64,000 nt of DNA from Thalia democratica. Its lineage: Eukaryota. Positions 51,293-64,000 of the stretch are shown here, piece by piece. The notes below the pieces were generated by a model, which was given only the letters and a program-made list of their open reading frames with translations, was not told where the DNA came from and did not search any database. Made by a program: the position numbers and the translations under genes. Each line of letters begins with the position of its first letter. Within the stretch, counting starts at the first letter, position 1. The stretch is from positions 54,374,001 to 54,438,000 of the forward strand of contig OZ241832.1 of assembly GCA_965202585.1 (NCBI GenBank). The letters are read 5' to 3'.

Positions 51293-54200
51293 GTTGAATG
51301 AAAATTAAAGCGACCAAAACCTTACTTGCAAGAGTTACTGACTGTGACGAATTGACTGTTGAGCAGTTATGTTTTGCAAGGTACCTTTTACTTCTTAATA
51401 CAAGCATTATCACGTTTGTTTAAGACACATATGCTTATAAAAACTTAGTTGTCTTATTACGAATGTTGAAAAAGTTCCAGTAAGAAAGAAACCATATCTA
51501 ACTTGTTCTGAAAGTAACTTTTTTTAAAACATTAGTTTGAAAAGTCCAGAAATAACAGCCTGTATCTTACAGCACACCTCTAAATATATTAAGAAAAACA
51601 TAAATGAAAAAAAAACATGTTAGCACACTTCCGACTGAATTTTCCTTTGCCGCTCGCCTAAAGTAATAAAATTTTAACAAAGCACAAGGTTTTTTTACCT
51701 CAAACTTAAACAAAGTTTCATTATTTCGATTTCATGGAGTTTTGTAAATCGTAAGTTCTATCAAGTGTGTTCAAGTTAATTACATTTTAAACTAATGTGT
51801 TAAAAGTAATTCCAAAAAATAAAAGCGTTCATTTTGTTTAGCTTTACTAGTTATGATTACTCAAAATATACTCATAAGCAATATACTCAAAACTTTTATT
51901 AAAATTTTTTTTTTTATTAAACTATTTTTTTTATGTTGCACATACTAGTAACTTACCTTACAACAATGTTTTCCAAACAACCTTTCAAAAACGTACAGTA
52001 ACTATGATCATACTTGTTTGAAAATTATAAACTACTTTTAAACAAAATTTTTCGGTGTATATGAAAAACTAGTTTAACAAGTAAGTAGTTCAACATTAAA
52101 TTAGCATTTCAAACAACTGATTCAAGCTGTTATACAGTTTAAAAAATACCGATGCAATTTTGCTCGTTACACTTAAACCTTGATCAAACTAAGAACTTAT
52201 TCTTTGCAGATTTCAACCGAACAAAGTGTGCTGATAAAAGTGAACAAATGGATTTGGTTGTAAATTTTTCAAACAAAATAAAGTCAATTAGATTCAAAGA
52301 AATAAATAAGTCGAAAAAGCTTATGAAAACTAGCACTGAATATGAACTTAAACAAAAGTTGATATTTTTTGGACGAAAAATTTTACGTAAAAAAAGAGGT
52401 TGGTTTATTTTTTAAGCAGTATTAAGATACAAAGGGTAGTAAACAAAATAAAAACGAGTAAAGAAATCGAAAAGAAAAGCTTTTGAAATAAGGTTGACAA
52501 ACGTTAGTGTTTGAATACAGCTTTGTTTACAATCAGAACTCATAAGCTTTCAAATTATCTTTAAAAAATAATGCAATTAAGCTTTTTTTTTTCAAACTTT
52601 GTTTTGTCACTTCTCATAAATTTAAAGTTAATCGAAACAACATAGAACAACTTATTACTTTCTTGACACATATTTTGAAACAACAACAGTACTGTTTATT
52701 AAAGTTTACGATTGAAGTGTTTACCAAGTTAAACATGTGTTTAATTCAGTTTAAGTTGCTTTACTGCTAAAACTAGTTTCTTAGTTTACTCAACCTAGAT
52801 TAATCATAAAGTTCTGTACAATTGCTTTCATTGACTCGTTACTAGTTATCACTAACTTACTATTAATGTAGTTCAGAACACAACTTAGGATAAGCTACAT
52901 TTTATTCTCGGATGTCGTTCAGAACATAGCTGTTGTAGCAACAACATACAGATTTGAAAGAAAATCTCATTATCTTACTCAATTATAAATTATATAAAAC
53001 AAGGTCTTTGCTTGACTCAAAGCTTTATGTTTGCCTATTACGAAACTTGTACTATCATATAATAAGCTGTGAAAAAATGAAGGCTAAAAAAGTTTTATTT
53101 TTGCTTTGTCCAAATTTTTTTTCTTCTTTAGATTTACAAAAACTGCATAGCTTAAAGCAACAAGTTACAGTAATTTTAATTTTCTTATGTATAGCGTACA
53201 AAAGAGTTACAAATAAGTGGTAGCAAGTTTTTTACTTCTTTTCTTTGTATCATGTTTCACCTAATCATTTGGTTTATTTCGTATGCATGACAAGATAGGC
53301 AGCCTTAAACCAACCAAGTAGATGTAAGCTTAGTAAAATTAAATATTTAATTGTACAAGTTCATCATTTTATTAAAGTATTTTGTTGTGTTAAATTGTGT
53401 ACCTGGTAATAGTGTTCTCTTTCTTTTGAACAATCGATCATGTTTACATTTATGTGTTATATCAGATTTGAATTGTTAAGAATGTTTCAGTTGTAATTGA
53501 ACAGTTTTTTTTTAAGGACATTAAAAATTGTTTGTTGTTAACAGCTTAAAACGTTTTCAGTTGTTAAGTCAAAGTTTTATTTCTATTTCTGTTTAAGCGT
53601 ATTATTTTCATTGAAAAATATAACTAGTTTTTACAATGACGTAGGCACAGCTTTTTTTAATAAACTAAAAAAAATGAAATATTGAATTAAAAAAATGTCC
53701 ACAAAGTAAGCATGAATAAGAATAAGTTTTATTTTGAAAAGAAAATTAAACGGAAAAAGCCTACGAAAAGGACACTCAAGTTAGTTAAAGCTTTTCACTA
53801 AGCATTCAGTAATAGTAAGCAATAAAGTAAGGATTAGGGCATCTAGCTAGAGTTCCCTTCTTAACAGCTGCACAAAAAAAGTAAAGTAGAGAAATTGTAG
53901 CAAGCTAGGTATTTAATAAATAATAGATTTATAGTTTGGAACGAAATGGTTTATGATTCTTTACCACCACAAAGTTGATTAAGTATGTACATTTGTGTTG
54001 TTGAGTCTAGTAGTCAATAGTAGCTTGTGTAATTAATTGGTGATCCACCTAACCTTTAAATTTAAAAAGTACATAGCTTAAAACAAACAAGTATAGTCGT
54101 TTTGAGTTGTCTCAAACATAGTTTAAAAAAGAGTTACAAAAAATGGTAAAAAAGTGTTCTTTTTTTTACCTTTGAATCATGTCGTTATTTGGCATAGCCA

Positions 54201-55773
54201 CAGAAAAAAAAGTTCAACAAAACAAGTATGAGCTTTGTAAACAGAAAGATTATTTCAATAGTACGTTTGTTTTAAACAATCACTGTTGTTTACATTAGTT
54301 TAATTGTTCAACTTTTAAACACCTTTGTACTGTTTCATTTGCATTCTGATAAATAAGACTAATACACTTTTGACAATCAAACCTCCGTTAAATTAATACC
54401 ATTGAGTATTTTTAAATATCAATGTAAAGTTTTCTTCTCATTTATTATAATGTCTTACTTAAGCATAATTTTTTATTTAGTATCGTTGTTTTTTTATTAA
54501 ACTAACCACAAATATCTATTGAGTGTTTGATAAACAAGTCTAAAAAGTTAATTGAACCAGAGTGAGTTTTGTTTAAACAACACGTTAAACAAGAAGATGC
54601 CCATTGAAAAAACTTTTTTACCTAACATTTAAATAGTAGTGAAGCAGAAAAACATGTTCTACGGTTTAAGCTCATTATCAAGAATAGTTTAAAATGAAAA
54701 GTAAAACTACAAAAACTGAAGTAAGTGTAACTAACTGGTAAAAATAAAAACAGAGAAATTCTGTTTTGAAAATTTATTTACAAGTTATTGAAGTACACTA
54801 ACTTTTTTACCAACACGCACAATGTAGATATAAATTTGTACATTTTTTTGTCGCTTAGCTAGAGCTTGTTTGACATTCTTTACTCGACATTAGTAGCTGG
54901 TCAAATCAATTGGTGGTCCTGATTACTTTAGATTTGTAGAAACATGACTTTAAGCAAACTATTAGAGTTGTTTTAGGTCATCAATTTGTCTCATTTCTAA
55001 TTAAAACAAGTAACTTTTACTTTGAAAACTAGCATAATAAGTACAAGCAGTTAATCTTTTGTGTTTTACCAATAATGAGCTGGTTTGTTTTATGTGTTTA
55101 TGTTTTGAATTGAAAATGTTTCTTAAACAAGGTAAACAGAAGTTAACTTTGAAAGAAGGAATATTTAATTTGAAAAAGACATTTATTATTTTTTGTTTTG
55201 AACAATCACTTTTAATTCATTTATGCATTCTTATGTTTTCAAAATGTGTTACATGGCCTCAATTGCAATTAAATTGATAAGAAGGAAAAACGTTTAAAAA
55301 GTTAAAGCTCGGTTGTTTTAATAATAATCAACAACAACTTAAAATGAATACTAAGTTTTTGCTTGTTATAAGTGATATAAATTTCTGTTTAAAAAGTTTT
55401 GTAACTTATTGAATGCTTTTACAGAACTTCAACAAACGAATAAAAAAAATGTTACGTACAAAAAGTATTCAGATGAAAAATCTTACGGACAACATAATCA
55501 AGTTAGTTAAGCCTCATTTAATTACAAGTACTACTACTGTTTTGTGAATAAGACTAATGCAATGCTTTTTCTACAATATAACGAGTTACAAATTTATTAA
55601 GTGTTTGAAACAAAAAATAGTTTGTTCATTCAAGTGTATGAGTTTTTAATTTACACGAATAAGAACTTATTTGTACTAAGCTTACATTCTTAACTGTAGC
55701 TTGTACTTTAAGTAAATACCAAAAGCTGGTTCTATTCTAATGGTGGTCCTGAAAAGGACCGGTTGTTGAGCGT

Positions 55774-56133
55774 TTATTTTGAGCTGGTGTACTTGGTAAC
55801 AGCTTTAGTACCTTCTGAAACTGCGTGCTTTGACAACTCGCCGGGGAGCAAAAGCCTGACAGCAGTTTGGATTTCGCGGCTGCTAACAGTAGACCTCTTG
55901 TTGTAATGAGCCAAACGTGAAGCCTCTGCTGCAATGCGCTCGAAGATGTCGTTGACAAAAGAGTTCATGATTCCCATCGCCTTGCTGGAGATTCCGGTGT
56001 CGGGGTGCACTTGCTTCAAAACTTTGTACACGTAGATGCCAAAGCTTTCTTTGTTCCTCCTCCTTCGCTTCTTCTTGCCGTCGACCGGAGCGGTCTTGGC
56101 TACTGACTTCTTCGCGCCTTTGGTTGCTGTCAT
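55774..56133 (-). CDS. H2B: Histone H2B (U8), S6G variant, apparently chimeric
   Basis: T>C at 56118 gives MTATKGAKK. The 3' synonymous sites are majority type. Confidence 0.98.
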   Translation of the reverse strand: MTATKGAKKSVAKTAPVDGKKKRRRRNKESFGIYVYKVLKQVHPDTGISSKAMGIMNSFVNDIFERIAAEASRLAHYNKRSTVSSREIQTAVRLLLPGELSKHAVSEGTKAVTKYTSSK

Positions 56134-56297
56134 GATGATGTGTGAACTTCAGTCTCGGCGCCGGTTTATATCCTGAAAAATTATGCAAATTAGCACAGTT
56201 CCGTACGCGAACGATAGCTAATTTCTCTCACTTCACAATTCTCTCGTTTGTTGTAAATACTTTTGGTGGTCCTGAAAAGGACCTGGTTTTTTTTAAC

Positions 56298-56678
56298 TTA
56301 GGCTGACTTTTTTGAAGCGGTCTTCTTAGGCAACAGTACTGCCTGGATGTTTGGAAGAACACCACCTTGAGCAATTGTGACGCCGCCGAGAAGTTTGTTC
56401 AACTCTTCGTCGTTGCGAATAGCTAGTTGCAAATGGCGAGGAATGATCCTGCTTTTCTTGTTGTCACGAGCAGCGTTACCGGCAAGCTCGAGCACTTCTG
56501 CGCTCAAGTACTCGAGAACGGCAGCCAGATAAACTGGAGCACCAGCTCCGACTCTTTGGCTGTAGTTGCCGGTGCGCAACAGGCGGTGCACGCGACCGAC
56601 TGGAAACTGCAGTCCTGCACGGGAAGACCTGCTCTTCGGCTTAGATTTGAGTTTTGATCCTTTACCACGTCCTGACAT
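56298..56678 (-). CDS. H2A: Histone H2A (U8), start corrected
   Basis: Same 126-aa protein. Promoter carries variant-type SNPs. Confidence 0.97.
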   Translation of the reverse strand: MSGRGKGSKLKSKPKSRSSRAGLQFPVGRVHRLLRTGNYSQRVGAGAPVYLAAVLEYLSAEVLELAGNAARDNKKSRIIPRHLQLAIRNDEELNKLLGGVTIAQGGVLPNIQAVLLPKKTASKKSA

Positions 56679-56848
56679 TTTGTTGTTCGAATGATTGTGA
56701 TGATAGCTTGCACAGCTCAATATACAACTCATACCTAACCGCGTCGAATGAACAACTAATTTGCATATGTCATAGCTAATGCTAATCTTGTCAAAACTTT
56801 TATATTGAATTAGGTGGTCCTAAAAAGGACCGGGTTTGCTAAAAGCGA

Positions 56849-57196
<348 letters not shown>

Positions 57197-57348
57197 TTAT
57201 ATACAAGCTGTTACGGACGCGTACGGTTACTACTAAACTAATTTGCATACTCAAAAAAGTCTCTTAACTTACATCTTTTCGTTTGCTTTCTTTTTCTCAC
57301 TATCAAAGTTTTAAGGTGGCCCTGAAAAGGACCGGTTTTAGCTAACGC

Positions 57349-57840
<492 letters not shown>

Positions 57841-57939
57841 CTAATTTGCATATTTTCAACTTAGCATTGTTTATGCATTTTGAGTTGCGTTATACTTTGT
57901 TTGAGTGGTCCTAAAAAGGACCTTGGGTAAAAGAACAAC

Positions 57940-58500
57940 TTATTTTTTGCAGCTCTTCTTCTTGGATGCTTTTTTGGCTGCCGGCTTCTTCTTGGTTACT
58001 TTCTTCTTCTTGCTTGCAGCTTTTTTAGATGCTGCCTTCTTAGGAGCGCACTTTTTAGCAGGTCGCTTTTTGGCTGCTGGTTTTTTTGCAGCCTTCTTGG
58101 GAGCACACTTCTTTTTTGGTTTTTTAACTGCGGCCTTCTTTGCTGCTGGCTTTTTAGCTACTTTTTTTGTCCTCTTCTTGGGCCCAGCAGCTGGCATTGG
58201 AGCAAGCTTGAACGAGCCAGAAGCGCCTTTTCCAGTTGTCTGGAGAAAAGCACCTTTGGTCACGCCGCTGGTAAGTGCTCTCTTCAAGTGAGAATTGGAA
58301 GCTGTGAGGTCAAGCTTGTAGGTGTCCGCGATATACTTTTGTATCTTCTGGCGGGATGTACCTTTTCGTTCCTTCATTGCTCCAAGGGCAGAGCTAATCA
58401 TTTCCCTGTAAGTAGGGTGCTCTGCCTTCTTGGCGCTTGGTCTCTTGGAAGACCTGGCTGCGGCTGGCGCTGGTACTGCTGCTACTGCTGTGGTAGACAT
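57940..58500 (-). CDS. H1: Linker histone H1 (U9)
   Basis: Same protein as U1. Confidence 0.97.
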   Translation of the reverse strand: MSTTAVAAVPAPAAARSSKRPSAKKAEHPTYREMISSALGAMKERKGTSRQKIQKYIADTYKLDLTASNSHLKRALTSGVTKGAFLQTTGKGASGSFKLAPMPAAGPKKRTKKVAKKPAAKKAAVKKPKKKCAPKKAAKKPAAKKRPAKKCAPKKAASKKAASKKKKVTKKKPAAKKASKKKSCKK

Positions 58501-61500
58501 GTTGAATGAAAATTAAAGCGACCAAAACCTTACTTGCAAGAGTTACTGACTGTGACGAATTGACTGTTGAGCAGTTATGTTTTGCAAGGTACCTTTTACT
58601 TCTTAATACAAGCATTATCACGTTTGTTTAAGACACATATGCTTATAAAAACTTAGTTGTCTTATTACGAATGTTGAAAAAGTTCCAGTAAGAAAGAAAC
58701 CATATCTAACTTGTTCTGAAAGTAACTTTTTTTAAAACATTAGTTTGAAAAGTCCAGAAATAACAGCCTGTATCTTACAGCACACCTCTAAATATATTAA
58801 GAAAAACATAAATGAAAAAAAAACATGTTTGCACACTTCCGACTGAATTTTCCTTTGCCGCTCGCCTAAAGTAATAAAATTTTAACAAAGCACAAGGTTT
58901 TTTTACCTCAAACTTAAACAAAGTTTCATTATTTCGATTTCATGGAGTTTTGTAAATCGTAAGTTCTATCAAGTGTGTTCAAGTTAATCACATTTTAAAC
59001 TAATGTGTTAAAAGTAATTCCAAAAAATAAAAGTGTTCATTTTGTTTAGCTTTACTAGTTATGATTACTCAAAATATACTCATAAGCAATATACTCAAAA
59101 CTTTTATTAAAATTTTTTTTTTTATTAAACTATTTTTTTTATGTTGCACATACTAGTAACTTACCTTACAACAATGTTTTCCAAACAACCTTTCAAAAAC
59201 GTACAGTAACTATGATCATACTTGTTTGAAAATTATAAACTACTTTTAAACAAAATTTTTCGGTGTATATGAAAAACTAGTTTAACAAGTAAGTAGTTCA
59301 ACATTAAATTAGCATTTCAAACAACTGATTCAAGCTGTTATACAGTTTAAAAAATACCGATGCAATTTTGCTCGTTACACTTAAACCTTGATCAAACTAA
59401 GAACTTATTCTTTGCAGATTTCAACCGAACAAAGTGTGCTGATAAAAGTGAACAAATGGATTTGGTTGTAAATTTTTCAAACAAAATAAAGTCAATTAGA
59501 TTCAAAGAAATAAATAAGTCGAAAAAGCTTATGAAAACTAGCACTGAATATGAACTTAAACAAAAGTTGATATTTTTTGGACGAAAAATTTTACGTAAAA
59601 AAAGAGGTTGGTTTATTTTTTAAGCAGTATTAAGATACAAAGGGTAGTAAACAAAATAAAAACGAGTAAAGAAATCGAAAAGAAAAGCTTTTGAAATAAG
59701 GTTGACAAACGTTAGTGTTTGAATACAGCTTTGTTTACAATCAGAACTCATAAGCTTTCAAATTATCTTTAAAAAATAATGCAATTAAGCTTTTTTTTTT
59801 CAAACTTTGTTTTGTCACTTCTCATAAATTTAAAGTTAATCGAAACAACATAGAACAACTTATTACTTTCTTGACACATATTTTGAAACAACAACAGTAC
59901 TGTTTATTAAAGTTTACGATTGAAGTGTTTACCAAGTTAAACATGTGTTTAATTCAGTTTAAGTTGCTTTACTGCTAAAACTAGTTTCTTAGTTTACTCA
60001 ACCTAGATTAATCATAAAGTTCTGTACAATTGCTTTCATTGACTCGTTACTAGTTATCACTAACTTACTATTAATGTAGTTCAGAACACAACTTAGGATA
60101 AGCTACATTTTATTCTCGGATGTCGTTCAGAACATAGCTGTTGTAGCAACAACATACAGATTTGAAAGAAAATCTCATTATCTTACTCAATTATAAATTA
60201 TATAAAACAAGGTCTTTGCTTGACTCAAAGCTTTATGTTTGCCTATTACGAAACTTGTACTATCATATAATAAGCTGTGAAAAAATGAAGGCTAAAAAAG
60301 TTTTATTTTTGCTTTGTCCAAATTTTTTTTCTTCTTTAGATTTACAAAAACTGCATAGCTTAAAGCAACAAGTTACAGTAATTTTAATTTTCTTATGTAT
60401 AGCGTACATAAGAGTTACAAATAAGTGGTAGCAAGTTTTTTACTTCTTTTCTTTGTATCATGTTTCACCTAATCATTTGGTTTATTTCGTATGCATGACA
60501 AGATAGGCAGCCTTAAACCAACCAAGTAGATGTAAGCTTAGTAAAATTAAATATTTAATTGTACAAGTTCATCATTTTATTAAAGTATTTGTTGTGTTAA
60601 ATTGTGTACCTGGTAATAGTGTTCTCTTTCTTTTGAACAATCGATCATGTTTACATTTATGTGTTATATCAGATTTGAATTGTTAAGAATGTTTCAGTTG
60701 TAATTGAACAGTTTTTTTTTAAGGACATTAAAAATTGTTTGTTGTTAACAGCTTAAAACGTTTTCAGTTGTTAAGTCAAAGTTTTATTTCTATTTCTGTT
60801 TAAGCGTATTATTTTCATTGAAAAATATAACTAGTTTTTACAATGACGTAGGCACAGCTTTTTTTAATAAACTAAAAAAAATGAAATATTGAATTAAAAA
60901 AATGTCCACAAAGTAAGCATGAATAAGAATAAGTTTTATTTTGAAAAGAAAATTAAACGGAAAAAGCCTACGAAAAGGACACTCAAGTTAGTTAAAGCTT
61001 TTCACTAAGCATTCAGTGATAGTAAGCAATAAAGTAAGGATTAGGGCATCTAGCTAGAGTTCCCTTCTTAACAGCTGCACAAAAAAAGTAAAGTAGAGAA
61101 ATTGTAGCAAGCTAGGTATTTAATAAATAATAGATTTATAGTTTGGAACGAAATGGTTTATGATTCTTTACCACCACAAAGTTGATTAAGTATGTACATT
61201 TGTGTTGTTGAGTCTAGTAGTCAATAGTAGCTTGTGTAATTAATTGGTGATCCACCTAACCTTTAAATTTAAAAAGTACATAGCTTAAAACAAACAAGTA
61301 TAGTCGTTTTGAGTTGTCTCAAACATAGTTTAAAAAAGAGTTACAAAAAATGGTAAAAAAGTGTTCTTTTTTTTACCTTTGAATCATGTCGTTATTTGGC
61401 ATAGCCACAGAAAAAAAAGTTCAACAAAACAAGTATGAGCTTTGTAAACAGAAAGATTATTTCAATAGTATGTTTGTTTTAAACAATCACTGTTGTTTAC

Positions 61501-63004
61501 ATTAGTTTAATTGTTCAACTTTTAAACACCCTTGTACTGTTTCATTTGCATTCTGATAAATAAGACTAATACACTTTTGACAATCAAACCTCCGTTAAAT
61601 TAATACCATTGAGTATTTTTAAATATCAATGTAAAGTTTTCTTCTCATTTATTATAATGTCTTACTTAAGCATAAATTTTTATTTAGTATCGTTGTTTTT
61701 TTATTAAACTAACCACAAATATCTATTGAGTGTTTGATAAACAAGTCTAAAAAGTTAATTGAACCAGAGTGAGTTTTGTTTAAACAACACGTTAAACAAG
61801 AAGATGCCCATTGAAAAAACTTTTTTACCTAACATTTAAATAGTAGTGAAGCAGAAAAACATGTTCTACGGTTTAAGCTCATTATCAAGAATAGTTTAAA
61901 ATGAAAAGTAAAACTACAAAAACTGAAGTAAGTGTAACTAACTGGTAGAAATAAAAACAGAGAAATTCTGTTTTGAAAATTTATTTACAAGTTATTGAAG
62001 TACACTAACTGTTACTTTTCACCAACACGCACAATGTAGATATAAATTTGTACATTTTTTTGTCGCTTAGCTAGAGCTTGTTTGACATTCTTTACTCGAC
62101 ATTAGTAGCTGGTCAAATCAATTGGTGGTCCTGATTACTTTAGATTTGTAGAAACATGACTTTAAGCAAACTATTAGAGTTGTTTTAGGTCATCAATTTG
62201 TCTCATTTCTAATTAAAACAAGTAACTTTTACTTTGAAAACTAGCATAATAAATTACTTAAAAAAGTATAAGCAGTTAATTTTTTGTGTTTTACCAATAA
62301 TGAGCTGGTTTGTTTTATGTGTTTATGTTTTGAATTGAAAATGTTTCTTAAACAAGGTAAACAGAAGTTAACTTTGAAAGAATGAATATTTAATTTGAAA
62401 AAGACATTTATTATTTTTTGTTTTGAACAATCACTTTTAATTCATTTATGCATTCTTATGTTTTCAAAATGTGTTACATGGCTTCAATTGCAATTAAATT
62501 GATAAGAAGGAAAAACGTTTAAAAAGTTAAAGCTCGGTTGTTTTAATAATAATCAACAACAACTTAAAATGAATACTAAGTTTTTGCTTGTTATAAGTGA
62601 TATAAATTTCTGTTTAAAAAGTTTTGTAATTTATTGAATGCTTTTACAGAACTTCAACAAACGAATAAAAAAAATGTTACGTACAAAAAGTATTCAGATG
62701 AAAAATCTTACGGACAACATAATCAACTTAGTTAAGCCTCATTTAATTACAAGTACTACTACTGTTTTGTGAATAAGACTAATGCAATGCTTTTTCTACA
62801 ATATAACGAGTTACAAATTTATTAAGTGTTTGAAACAAAAAATAGTTTGTTCATTCAAGTGTATGAGTTTTTAATTTACACGAATAAGAACTTATTTGTA
62901 CTATTACTAAGCTTACATTCTTAACTGTAGCTTGTACTTTAAGTAAATATCAAAAGCTGGTTCTATTCTAATGGTGGTCCTGAAAAGGACCGGTTGTTGA
63001 GCGT

Positions 63005-63364
63005 TTATTTTGAGCTGGTGTACTTGGTAACAGCTTTAGTTCCTTCTGAAACTGCGTGCTTTGACAACTCGCCGGGGAGTAAGAGCCTGACAGCAGTTTG
63101 GATTTCGCGGCTGCTAACAGTAGACCTCTTGTTGTAATGAGCCAAACGTGAAGCCTCTGCTGCAATGCGCTCGAAGATGTCGTTGACAAAAGAGTTCATG
63201 ATTCCCATTGCCTTGCTGGAGATTCCGGTGTCGGGGTGCACTTGCTTCAAAACTTTGTACACGTAGATGCCAAAGCTTTCTTTGTTCCTCCTCCTTCGCT
63301 TCTTCTTGCCGTCGACCGGAGCGGTCTTGGCTACTGACTTCTTCGCGCCTTTGGTTGCTGTCAT
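63005..63364 (-). CDS. H2B: Histone H2B (U9), S6G variant
   Basis: S6G plus four synonymous changes (63041, 63080, 63083, 63209). Confidence 0.98.
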   Translation of the reverse strand: MTATKGAKKSVAKTAPVDGKKKRRRRNKESFGIYVYKVLKQVHPDTGISSKAMGIMNSFVNDIFERIAAEASRLAHYNKRSTVSSREIQTAVRLLLPGELSKHAVSEGTKAVTKYTSSK

Positions 63365-63528
63365 GATGATGTGTGAACTTCAGTCTCGGCGCCGGTTTAT
63401 ATCCTGAAAAATTATGCAAATTAGCACAGTTCCGTACGCGAACGATAGCTAATTTCTCTCACTTCACAATTCTCTCGTTTGTTGTAAATACTTTTGGTGG
63501 TCCTGAAAAGGACCTGGTTTTTTTTAAC

Positions 63529-63909
63529 TTAGGCTGACTTTTTTGAAGCGGTCTTCTTAGGCAACAGTACTGCCTGGATGTTTGGAAGAACACCACCTTG
63601 AGCAATTGTGACGCCGCCGAGAAGTTTGTTCAACTCTTCGTCGTTGCGAATAGCTAGTTGCAAATGGCGAGGAATGATCCTGCTTTTCTTGTTGTCACGA
63701 GCAGCGTTACCGGCAAGCTCGAGCACTTCTGCGCTCAAGTACTCGAGAACGGCAGCCAGATAAACTGGAGCACCAGCTCCGACTCTTTGGCTGTAGTTGC
63801 CGGTGCGCAACAGGCGGTGCACGCGACCGACTGGAAACTGCAGTCCTGCACGGGAAGACCTGCTCTTCGGCTTAGATTTGAGTTTTGATCCTTTACCACG
63901 TCCTGACAT
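63529..63909 (-). CDS. H2A: Histone H2A (U9), start corrected
   Basis: Same 126-aa protein. Variant-type promoter runs to the window edge. Confidence 0.97.
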   Translation of the reverse strand: MSGRGKGSKLKSKPKSRSSRAGLQFPVGRVHRLLRTGNYSQRVGAGAPVYLAAVLEYLSAEVLELAGNAARDNKKSRIIPRHLQLAIRNDEELNKLLGGVTIAQGGVLPNIQAVLLPKKTASKKSA

Positions 63910-64000
63910 TTTGTTGTTCGAATGATTGTGATGATAGCTTGCACAGCTCAATATACAACTCATACCTAACCGCGTCGAATGAACAACTAATTTGCATATG

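Overview
The whole window is a head-to-tail tandem array of a replication-dependent histone gene quintet from a eukaryote, almost certainly a metazoan; I cannot identify the species. It holds about 8.9 copies of a ~7.22-kb unit (successive H1 offsets 7218, 7220, 7220, 7220, 7218, 7220, 7220, 7208). All five genes are intronless and lie on the minus strand, transcribed in the order H1-H3-H4-H2A-H2B. They are separated by only 164-188 bp, and each ends in a 16-nt histone stem-loop. A ~4.45-kb AT-rich spacer follows H2B. I number units U1-U9 from each H1 stop codon (196, 7414, 14634, 21854, 29074, 36292, 43512, 50732, 57940). Main points beyond annotation: (1) the spacer is a decayed tandem array with a ~0.85-0.95 kb period; (2) all four core-histone promoters share an identical 12-mer, CTAATTTGCATA (extended POU octamer), inverted in H2B and absent near H1; (3) H3 and H4 carry fixed substitutions at normally near-invariant positions, and H1 has no S/T-P sites but three C-terminal cysteines; (4) the array records its own turnover, with a ~0.9-kb minority-allele tract in U5 and a switch to a more diverged repeat type inside the H2B gene at ~56 kb. 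I found no tRNA, rRNA, snRNA, transposon or CRISPR. All alignments were done by eye.
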